Positions 52,517 to 61,370 of a stretch of 64,000 nt of DNA are shown here, one piece after another. The DNA lies in assembly GCA_964486045.1 (NCBI GenBank), contig CAZALK010000022.1:1-64000 (forward strand). The letters are read 5' to 3'. The position numbers and the translations under genes were made by a program. The notes below the pieces were generated by a model. It saw only the letters and a list, made by a program, of their open reading frames with translations, had not been told where the DNA came from and ran no database searches. How positions within the stretch are numbered: the first letter of the stretch is position 1; each line of letters starts with the position of its first letter. The stretch comes from an uncultured archaeon (GTDB lineage: Archaea > Asgardarchaeota > Lokiarchaeia > Sigyniarchaeales > SOKP01).

Positions 52517-52912
52517 ATTTTTGACAAAATTTTAATTGGAATAGATGAGTCCGAAGAATCTTTGAGAGCCGCAAAACGAGTCATAGAAATTCAAAAGGAT
52601 TCAGAAGGTGAAATAGTTGCGTTTCACTCAATTTTGCATCGTAATTCAGATTCTGACATTGATGATCATAAGAAACAGGTTTTTGATGAGATTAACAAAT
52701 TATTTGAGGAAGCTAATCTTTTAATTGAAACCAGACTAATTCTTGATCAAAAGCCAGAAGATTACATCATAGAAATTGTGGAAAAAGAGAAGATTAATCT
52801 AGTAGTTCTTGGTTATAGTGGAAAACACGGAATTTTAAAGCGTAGATTATTAGGTTCTATCCCAACAGAAGTAATGAATAACGTTTTATGTGATGTGTTA
52901 ATTGTAAAATAA
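52517..52912 (+). CDS. universal stress protein (start unresolved)
   Basis: The frame extends upstream of the TTG at 52562 as (I)FDKILIGIDESEES. C-terminal LGSIP...CDVLIVK. Confidence 0.8.
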   Translation: MFDKILIGIDESEESLRAAKRVIEIQKDSEGEIVAFHSILHRNSDSDIDDHKKQVFDEINKLFEEANLLIETRLILDQKPEDYIIEIVEKEKINLVVLGYSGKHGILKRRLLGSIPTEVMNNVLCDVLIVK

Positions 52913-53175
52913 CTCATTTTGATTTCTAAACATATAAGAATTCCATATTATTTATTAAATTTCTAGAAAAAAGAATAAGCTTATTATCTGTAAGAAATTT
53001 ATCACTTTCTTCAAGAACTCCAAGAAGGTGCCACCCCGCATCATAGTGTGGCATATATATCAAGATAATTTTGATTTAGAGGCACATCTTATTTTTTTTA
53101 TACACAAAATGCATTTTGCTTTTATTAAAATTTAATAGCAATTTCATTTTTGTTTGAAGTAAAAAAGTTTGTTAT

Positions 53176-54447
53176 ATGATTTTGAATTTAAAAAAAAATT
53201 TTGTAAATCCAGTAACATTCGTAATTTTATTTTTTCTACTCACAGTTGTAGTGGGAGATTCCCGGACAAACACTATAGATTCATCAAAGTCTCCTTTGGG
53301 TATTAAAGACGCTGGATTTGGTTCCAACGCGAATTGGCATACTGATTCTTCCCAGATAACTCCTGAGGTGGATGTCACATATACTTACGAATATAAAACA
53401 ACAATAGATCCTACCCATGAGGCGGATCTCCTTCAAACAATGACTCTCAACTACAAAGATGGGACAGGATCATCGGTCGGTTTTCAAAATGTTTTACAAT
53501 TTTTTGCAGGGGGCTTAGACGTCACAAATGAACTAGTCTTAGATTGGGATAAATTACGATACATAGAACCTACTCTACTTACTACAACCACTATCAATAA
53601 TGAAAATGTACAGTCCAGAAGTAAATTTAACGGATTTGATATCGTAAAAGGAAGTTCCCAAGATATAAAGATGGCTCAATCATACTCAGATGCTAATGAT
53701 TGGAATTATGTGATAAATGATACAATCTACTTAGGCAAAATCGAATTTGCTAATCGAACTACTACGATAGGAGATGTGATCTTGAGTACGCGTAACTATA
53801 CGCATAATAGTTTAGAATTGAAAGAAAGTATAGCAGATTTTAATGTCACTATCGATGCTACTATTGGAAATAGTACAACTATATATAATATTACAGCTAT
53901 ACTTAACGTACATGTTGTACACAATATAACTTATACAGATTATAAATACGGTGTTGTAATAGACTGGGATGCTTATAAAGATTTTCCAACAAATATTCCC
54001 ATCAATACAGGAGATCAATTCTTCTTAGTTGCACAAGATCGGCTGAATGTTGGTCCAGGAACTTGGCAAATTGGGACTTTTGATATCAATAATGCAAATG
54101 ATACGGCGATTTTTAATTATCAAGGAACAGAATATGCAAGGCAATTTCTCACAACAGAATATTCAATCAATGGAACTACACCACTTCAAGATACTAACAG
54201 AATCTATTATGCACTGAGTGCTCATTCCGAGTTATATGGTGATTTCTCAAGAGTTTTTGTTTGCTTCGATGGCTTTAAGTACAACCAAAGCACTGGCTTA
54301 ACTTTTGATCCCCGAGTACTGCTACCCATCAGTGCCGTAGTGTCTGATTCTTCAATTATAGGTATTCCTGTATTTGTGTTAATAAGTGTAGGAGCAGTTG
54401 TTGTAGTCATAATTATAAAAAGGTTCAGAAGAAACTTGCCAGATTAA
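53176..54447 (+). CDS. secreted, C-terminally anchored surface glycoprotein
   Basis: Signal peptide, many N-x-S/T sequons, FDP, TM and RFRR tail. Confidence 0.7.
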   Translation: MILNLKKNFVNPVTFVILFFLLTVVVGDSRTNTIDSSKSPLGIKDAGFGSNANWHTDSSQITPEVDVTYTYEYKTTIDPTHEADLLQTMTLNYKDGTGSSVGFQNVLQFFAGGLDVTNELVLDWDKLRYIEPTLLTTTTINNENVQSRSKFNGFDIVKGSSQDIKMAQSYSDANDWNYVINDTIYLGKIEFANRTTTIGDVILSTRNYTHNSLELKESIADFNVTIDATIGNSTTIYNITAILNVHVVHNITYTDYKYGVVIDWDAYKDFPTNIPINTGDQFFLVAQDRLNVGPGTWQIGTFDINNANDTAIFNYQGTEYARQFLTTEYSINGTTPLQDTNRIYYALSAHSELYGDFSRVFVCFDGFKYNQSTGLTFDPRVLLPISAVVSDSSIIGIPVFVLISVGAVVVVIIIKRFRRNLPD

Positions 54448-54520
54448 ATCTAAATTTAATAATCTTAATTCTTTTTTATTTATTTGTCGTAATGATATGC
54501 AATTGATATTTTGGAATTGA

Positions 54521-54775
54521 TTAGAATAAATTAGGGTATAACTCTTCAATTTCTTCTTTAATTTTATCAAGTAAATTGAGCAACACTATATTATCATATT
54601 CATGTCTATTTTCTAAAAAATAGTCCAGAATTCTATTCGCAGTGTCTACATCCATTTTAGTATACTTTTCTAGTCTAGCTTGAAATAATATTTCAAATTC
54701 TTCCTTCAACCATTCCAATTCTATAATTAAATTTTCTTCTAAAATTTCATGATACTTTAGGCTAACGTTCATCAA
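54521..54775 (-). CDS. small acidic helical hypothetical protein
   Basis: 84-aa ORF preceded by GAGGT. Confidence 0.6.
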   Translation of the reverse strand: MMNVSLKYHEILEENLIIELEWLKEEFEILFQARLEKYTKMDVDTANRILDYFLENRHEYDNIVLLNLLDKIKEEIEELYPNLF

Positions 54776-55074
54776 AATACCTCAACTCTTAAATGTCTAA
54801 ATTAGGTTCCTTTTACCTTAAGATAAAGGTATTGAGATAACTATTTATAATTTTTATAGACCAATTTTTAAATGTTCTTCTAAAAGTCTTGAAATATTTT
54901 TTTATGCTTAAAATAAGAAGGTAAAGAAATTACGACTAAATAATTGTTATTTAGGATAATTATAATTAAATAAAAAGAGTAAGTAAGGAATTTGAATCTG
55001 AAGGAATAACATTTTAATTATATAGATTCTAAATAAATTTGTAAACCTTATAACAAAATCTAAAGGGAGAAAAG

Positions 55075-55866
55075 ATGATATATCAAATCTTTGGTGAATT
55101 TGACATTATTTTAATTGGTATATTGATTTTTGTTGGTGTTGTTTTTTTTATCCTACTCATAACACTTTTAAGAGGATTTAAAACGGTAAAAGAATATAAT
55201 CGTTTGATAATTTTTCGCTTCGGAAGATACAAAAGAACTATTGGTCCAGGAATAGTATATGTGCTACCATTGATTGAAACGTCGGTTGTTACTGATTTAC
55301 GTATAAAAACTCTAGATATTGCTAAACAGGATGTTATAACTAAAGATAATATTCCGGTGACTGTTGATACAAGCGTATTTTATAAAGTAGTAAATCCAGA
55401 ATTTGCTGTAACTAAAATTGAAAATCTCATGAGAGCAGTATTCAACTATGTTCAAGGAGCTTTAAGAGATGTTATTGGTAGTATGGCTTTGGACACTATC
55501 TTAACACAGAGAGAAAAAATTTCACAAGAAATCCGAAAGGTTGTTGATGAAGAAACTCGAGAATGGGGCATACAAATTAGTCAAATTAAAATACAACAAA
55601 TCGAATTACCAGAATCTATGAAACGCGCAATGGCAGTAGAGGCTGAAAAAGAACGTGAGAAGCGTGCTACAATTATTGCATCAGAAGGTGAACTTGAATC
55701 AGCTAAAAATTTGTCAAAAGCAGCAGAAATCCTGGCTAATAACCCAACCGCAATCCAATTAAGAACGTTACAGACAATTTTAGATATTTCTCATGAACCT
55801 TCTCAAAAAATAGTAATTTTTATGCCAACTGAAATCGGGAGTTTACTTAAAAAATTTATAGATTAA
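55075..55866 (+). CDS. SPFH/band 7 (stomatin-like) protein
   Basis: FRFGR..GPG, QDVITKDN, LRDVIG, AEKEREKRATII.SEGE, QLRTLQT. Confidence 0.92.
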   Translation: MIYQIFGEFDIILIGILIFVGVVFFILLITLLRGFKTVKEYNRLIIFRFGRYKRTIGPGIVYVLPLIETSVVTDLRIKTLDIAKQDVITKDNIPVTVDTSVFYKVVNPEFAVTKIENLMRAVFNYVQGALRDVIGSMALDTILTQREKISQEIRKVVDEETREWGIQISQIKIQQIELPESMKRAMAVEAEKEREKRATIIASEGELESAKNLSKAAEILANNPTAIQLRTLQTILDISHEPSQKIVIFMPTEIGSLLKKFID

Positions 55867-56063
55867 TTAAATATCTAATTTTTTTTTATTAGTCATGAGA
55901 ATAAAGAATTTTCTCTAACCTTATTTTTTAGCAAAAAGTTTAAGGTCTAAAGCTTCAAATATGTGATTAGGGAATTTTGAATTGGAATGTATCCTACTTC
56001 ATTAAAATAGAGTTAAAAAAAGAAATTAGAAAAAAAAGAGATTTAGTTATTAAAAAATATACG

Positions 56064-56711
56064 CTATTGAGCTACATACTCAATCGTTAATTGATTATAA
56101 TGAGGACTAAGATGAGGACTAAAATAATCATCCCAATCAGTATATCCATTAATTTCTATATAATTTGTGCCATTACTATATACAAACGCAGATGAATCAA
56201 CATGATGGTAATATTCGTTAAATGTGGCTCCTGTCTGTAAACGATCAAGAACAAATTCGGTTGCACCGTCTTTCAAAATACTGGTCTTATAAAGGAAACT
56301 GGCATTAATGTTCTTCAATAACACAGAAAGGTGAATTCGATACCAACCAGATTTTAATAATGTAATACGAGTATTGTTGTTTGAAACTGCAATATAGTTA
56401 GTATTATTTAAACTGTTACCCCTATATTCGTAAAGCCAATTATTAGTTAAATTGTAAGGTTCATAATCTTGATTGTCGTAAAGTGCATTCCATTTACCTA
56501 CAACAGTAGTCCTTGTAAAATTATTAAACTCGTCCGTCAAAAAATTTAACTCGTCTGTCAAATTATTCAAATCATCAATCAAGTCATCAAGCTCTGCTTT
56601 AAGATCTGAATTGCTAGTATTTTGCCCGTTCCACACTATAAATGTAAACCCTATTGACCCAGCAGCAAGGATCAGTCCAATTATCCCTAAAACAGCACCA
56701 CTACGTCCCAT
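56064..56711 (-). CDS. membrane-anchored coiled-coil protein with C-terminal beta-sandwich (C1q/TNF-like) domain
   Basis: TM segment, heptad repeats LNNLTDE/LNFLTDE/FNNFT, ITLLKSGWYRIHL. Confidence 0.55.
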   Translation of the reverse strand: MGRSGAVLGIIGLILAAGSIGFTFIVWNGQNTSNSDLKAELDDLIDDLNNLTDELNFLTDEFNNFTRTTVVGKWNALYDNQDYEPYNLTNNWLYEYRGNSLNNTNYIAVSNNNTRITLLKSGWYRIHLSVLLKNINASFLYKTSILKDGATEFVLDRLQTGATFNEYYHHVDSSAFVYSNGTNYIEINGYTDWDDYFSPHLSPHYNQLTIEYVAQ

Positions 56712-57081
56712 TATCTATCACTTTCATTTTTTTATTAATTTAGTTCCAATCAAATTAAAGAACAATTCTTTTTTCAAATAATAAACTTTATTACTATTAA
56801 GTAAAAATCATTTTAGTTCGAATCTCAGAAATTAAATATTTTAGTAATAGGATGCTATAAGCTGAAGAACGGCTCTTTCATCATAAAGTAATCTTAGTAG
56901 AGTGTCCTAACTGTTTATGAGAATGACATAAAAAGAGTAGTATTTTTTAAGGTTGATTCTCTTCTAAATTGTTCAGTATAAGAAATACATTCAGTTCAAT
57001 ATTTTTTTATCCTGAAAAATCTCTTGGAAAACAAAAAAAAGGCGTGAGATATTGATTGAAGATTAAAGTCATTTTCTGATT

Positions 57082-58827
57082 TTACTTTTTTGCAAACGGT
57101 TCAAGATCTATAGCTTCAAATATATCATCATTAGCTTCTATAGAACCAAGGAAGTGCCATTCACCTTCGTCGACATTCTGACCATTCGCATAAGTATTCG
57201 CCATGTTATAAAGTCTATTGAAATTCTCATAATGTAATGCAACCCGATTTTCAGCGTAATCTCTTGCTGACCAAGTTGTTATTAAAAATTGCCAATCACT
57301 GCTCTCTAATAATAACAGTTCTCGAGCCATCTGCTTAAGAATTTTAATGAGGTTAGGATTATTAGAATTTTTATACTTAGCTATAATATCTTCGCTTTTA
57401 GATTCACATTCATAAATTCGCTCCCACGTCCAGGTCGTCCACTCATTAAGCCAGACCCAGTGAGAGCTTGCTTGACCCCAAGAGCCTTCAATCACACTTA
57501 CTACTTTATTGGGTGGGTTTTCTTCGAGATAAAGTCTAGTATTAGTTAATTCTATCTCAGGGTCATCTTCCATCCATCGTAAAACGCGTGCAATCCACCA
57601 ATTTCCTTCAAACCACCAGTGTCCAAAGAGTTCTGCATCATAGGGTGCCACAATTATACCATTTTTCCCAAACTTATTCTTATATTCTCTTAAAATGTCT
57701 TTAGCTAAATTAATATAGTGACTGGCATTTTCATCCAATTTTCCAGGAATATCATCTGGCCAATATAGCATCTTCTTTCCCAAATCAAGCTTAGGGCTGG
57801 TAACACGCCAATATTTGAGTCCTCCAGGATAATGCTTCTTGTGGAAATCTAAGTACTCTGCACAACCCGGATATCCATGTTCCCCGCTCCATACTACGAT
57901 TCCGGTCTTGTCATCTCTCGTGAAAAAACCGACTGGGGCTCCTGTTGATGGATCTGTAGAGATGAGATACGGTTCATACTGGGATTTTTCAAAAGAGGTT
58001 GGAATTTCTTCGTATTGAGATTCAAATTGCTTCCAGAGTTCAGCCAATAATGGAAACCTAGCAGCATAAACTCCTTGTGATTTTCCTCCCAATAATAAAG
58101 CTGTATCAATGAAGAAATACTTTAAACCGTTTTTAGCAAGAAAATATTCGATCCCAGGACGTTCGTATTCTTCGTCTGTTATTGGATTTTTCCACTTGTA
58201 TCCTGGACGGTAAGCACATTCTGGTAACCATGCACCAGTAGGAGCCCTTCCAAAATGCCGTTTATAACTATCAACAGCAGTTTTGAATTGAGCATCTATT
58301 GAAGTTTCTTTAGAAAGAAGCGGAGTATATCCGTGTGTTGCACCACATGTTATTATATCTAAAAGACCCTTATCTTGCAAATCCTTAAACGCACCTACAA
58401 TATCCCTATTGTATCTACGGATAAAGTTATCCTTCACCCTCGAATAGAACTCTTGCCACCATTTAGTTAACTTGATTCTTCCATCCTCGTATTTATTTTC
58501 AGTAAAATCCTCAAAATCAAATACTGCTGCATTATATTTTTCATCTAGATATCCAATAAACGCATCAACAAATCGAGGGTTTCGCAACATTTCACAAAGG
58601 ACTGGTGTAAGGCCAACAGTGAGTTTTGGATGATATCCATCATCAATTAGTTTATATAACTCCATCAATAGAGGAATATAGGTTTCAGCAGCGGCCTCAT
58701 TTATCCAATCCACTTTAGATAATATGATAAATTCATATTATTTTCCATGAGGCCAAACACCATGACCTATAACCCAAGGTAAATGGGCGTGCAAGACTAG
58801 ATTAAATGAACCTAAAATTTCAGTCAT
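57082..58827 (-). CDS. GH57 1,4-alpha-glucan branching enzyme interrupted by a 30-nt intron; join(58743..58827,57082..58712), 571 aa
   Basis: Exon 1 MTEILGSFNLVLHAHLPWVIGHGVWPHG lies upstream of an in-frame TAA. The rest has ETYIP, ATHG, WLPECAY, YDAELFGHWW and ESSDW. Confidence 0.9.
58713..58742 (-). other. 30-nt putative BHB-type mRNA intron of the GH57 gene
   Basis: Insert aataatatgaatttatcatattatctaaag has an in-frame UAA and a perfect 9-bp stem AUAAUAUGA/UCAUAUUAU. Excision gives WPHGMDW. Confidence 0.8.
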
Positions 58828-58925
58828 TATTTTTTTTCCTATTTTTTTAAATTTGTAAAAATGAAGACAGTTATTCCTTTTTAATTTTTCATAACTTAAA
58901 TATTAAAAAGCATCAATATATTTTC

Positions 58926-59015
58926 AAAAATCGTTAAAGTTATATATTGTAGTTTTGGTGGCTTTAATATTCGAAATTTAATTGAAATTTCAAAAAGTAG
59001 GTTTAAATGGTTCAG
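58926..59015 (+). repeat. diverged copy of the PGM promoter and first three codons (other copy 59751..59852)
   Basis: aaaaatcgttaa.gttatatattg.agttttggt.gct...tgaaatttca.aaaagtaggtttaaatggttcag is present in both copies. Confidence 0.8.
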
Positions 59016-59177
59016 TCCTTCTATTTTGCGAGAAAATGCGAGCTTCTTGATTTCTTCAAGTATAGTGGGATGCACCATGTAGTCTAAAAAGATGGTGTGA
59101 ATATAATAAAACCTGGTGTTAAAGATTAATAAATAATAAAAATTAAAAAATTCTTATTCCACTATTCTAGCATTTCA

Positions 59178-59621
59178 TTATCCTATCTTTTTAATTATTG
59201 CCATCGATGTGTCATGAAGCATTTTAGAAACATTAGAAAGCATTTGCATTGTTTGTTGTTGTTTTTGCAATATATTTTGCATATCAATATTTCCCATTTG
59301 AGCATCATCACCCGCACTTTGAAGATCCTCCTCAAGTTGTTCTATATACCTGTTTAATGCAATAAATTTCAAAAGATCAACTTCCCCTACTTCTAAATGA
59401 GGAAAGTGCTTTATTCCTTCTTTTTCTAGCGCCTCATTGAAATTAATAGCGTTTAAATTAGGAGTTTCTTTTAATGATTTCACAATTTCATCACATTTAG
59501 TTCTTCCCGCTGAAGAGATTGATTGATCAAATTTTTTATATAATTTTTTCATGGGAGAACTAGTAAGATTTAATTTCCTTATCTTTCTTCTATAGAAATT
59601 TATATTTTTTTTATTTTTCAT
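59178..59621 (-). CDS. hypothetical protein with a T3SS filament/needle-like C-terminal helix
   Basis: C-terminus GDDAQMGNIDMQNILQKQQQTMQMLSNVSKMLHDTSMAIIKKIG. Confidence 0.55.
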   Translation of the reverse strand: MKNKKNINFYRRKIRKLNLTSSPMKKLYKKFDQSISSAGRTKCDEIVKSLKETPNLNAINFNEALEKEGIKHFPHLEVGEVDLLKFIALNRYIEQLEEDLQSAGDDAQMGNIDMQNILQKQQQTMQMLSNVSKMLHDTSMAIIKKIG

Positions 59622-59843
59622 CTTTCTTTCAATTTAAATTAATTAGTTAATCTATTATTAAACGTATTAAACATCTAGTATAAACCTTTAGTATTATTTT
59701 TTATAAATTCTAATCATAACAAAAATATTAAAAAACATCTATAAATTTATAAAAATCGTTAAGGTTATATATTGAAGTTTTGGTAGCTAGAATATAAAAT
59801 TTCCAATCAAAAATTAAATGAAATTTCAGAAAAGTAGGTTTAA

Positions 59844-61232
59844 ATGGTTCAGCTTCCAATCACCAATCTAAATGAATTGAAAAAAAATGGCAGAATTATA
59901 GGAAAGGCTAATTACATCTTTACTCCTGAGATAGCAAGCTCTATAGGGTCTATTCATGGGAGTTTATTTACCCAAAATGAGTCAATCGTTATGGGCAGAG
60001 ATTATCATAATGATAGTCTTATGCTGAAGAGAGCGTATACCTCTGGGTTGATGTCTACTGGAATAGATCTTCTAAACTTATCAGATTGCACCTTCCCTTT
60101 ATTACAATTTACAATTAGGCGATTTGGAGCTAGTGGTGGAGTTTATATTTCAGGAGGGCATTTATACAGTGAAGATGTTGGAATTAGGTTTTTAGATGCT
60201 GGTGGAATTGAATTACCTCAATCAGAAATCCAACGAATAATTGATTCTTATAATACTTATCCGGAACATGTACGAAGGGTTGATCCTAATGAAATTGGGC
60301 AAATTACAGCGATTCCACAAACAGAAGACATCTACATTAAATCTTTGCAGCAATTTGTTGATAAGAAAAAAATAAAAGAAGCAAATCTAAAAATTGTAGT
60401 AGACTGCTCCTACGGACCTACAGGAAAAATTACACCTCTCCTTATAAACGAAATTGGTGTTGAAGTCATCGCTCTCAATACTCATTATCGAGAAAGGTCG
60501 GTTAGTCCAGTACCAAGTATTAATACTATAAGAAATACAGCAGATATTGTTAAAGCATCAAATAGTCACCTTGGTGTATGTTTTGACGTAGATGGCTCAA
60601 GATTATTAGTAATTGATGAAAATGGGTTAGAAATAAGTTTTGAAGAATTATTAATGCTGTTTGTCACCTTTGATAAAAGAATTCAAAATTCTAGGGCAAA
60701 TACCATTATAACAACACCGTCTATATCTCCGGTTGCGAGAGAATTTATTGAAAATAGTGGATTTCCGACTAAACAAGTTGAAAATTATCCTGGAGAGATT
60801 TCTAGGCAAATTAGAGAAGAGAGGGCTTGTTTTGCAGCAGCAGATACATTGAAGTTTTGTTTTCCAGAATTTGCTCCCTTTTCGGATGGTAATTTCATTC
60901 TACTTAAGATTCTTGAAATAATGACAACTCAAAAGGACCTATTGAGCTCATTAACTAGAGGATTTCCTAAAGGTATAAAAATAAATAAAACAGTTCCAAT
61001 AACTTCTGAAGTAATAGATAATATCCATAATCGATTACGGGAAGTTGTCGAAGAGAATGGGTTTAAATATCACGATATAATAAATGAATTGAAGGTCGTC
61101 AATGATGATGGATACGTTTTAATTAAAGTAGCATTACATAGAAATGCCATACTTCTCTCTGCAGAATCTGAAGACAAAAATAAAGCACAAAAAATGATTG
61201 ATGATTTAGAGAAAATTATATCCGAACTCTAA
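59844..61232 (+). CDS. phosphoglucomutase/phosphomannomutase-fold protein with degenerate active site
   Basis: GRD, KIVVDC, FDVDGSRL, DG motifs. The phospho-Ser motif TASHNP is replaced by ISGGHL. Confidence 0.8.
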   Translation: MVQLPITNLNELKKNGRIIGKANYIFTPEIASSIGSIHGSLFTQNESIVMGRDYHNDSLMLKRAYTSGLMSTGIDLLNLSDCTFPLLQFTIRRFGASGGVYISGGHLYSEDVGIRFLDAGGIELPQSEIQRIIDSYNTYPEHVRRVDPNEIGQITAIPQTEDIYIKSLQQFVDKKKIKEANLKIVVDCSYGPTGKITPLLINEIGVEVIALNTHYRERSVSPVPSINTIRNTADIVKASNSHLGVCFDVDGSRLLVIDENGLEISFEELLMLFVTFDKRIQNSRANTIITTPSISPVAREFIENSGFPTKQVENYPGEISRQIREERACFAAADTLKFCFPEFAPFSDGNFILLKILEIMTTQKDLLSSLTRGFPKGIKINKTVPITSEVIDNIHNRLREVVEENGFKYHDIINELKVVNDDGYVLIKVALHRNAILLSAESEDKNKAQKMIDDLEKIISEL

Positions 61233-61296
61233 TTCCCACATTGATTTTTATAGTATTAATTTAGTGTATATCTTGAATATTCTTAAAATTATTCAA

Positions 61297-61342
61297 AAAT
61301 TAACCAAAAAGATTCAAATTAACCAAAAAGATTCAAATTACC
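61297..61342. repeat. 19-bp tandem repeat, about 2.4 copies
   Basis: aaattaaccaaaaagattc x2 plus a partial copy. Confidence 0.8.
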
Positions 61343-61370
61343 CATATCTATATTTTTGTGAACCTAATAA

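Noticed and set aside
53027-53053. GC-rich hairpin GTGCCAC...GTGGCAT as an RNA gene
   Set aside because: A single short stem with no tRNA or other recognisable ncRNA features.
1784-59078. Numerous short antisense or alternate-frame ORFs in the track (e.g. 4280..4624, 24534..24776, 43627..43974, 58896..59078)
   Set aside because: They overlap well-supported genes or duplicated promoter DNA and show no recognisable motifs.
61297-61342. Short direct repeats as a CRISPR array
   Set aside because: Contiguous 19-bp tandem units with no spacers and no cas genes.
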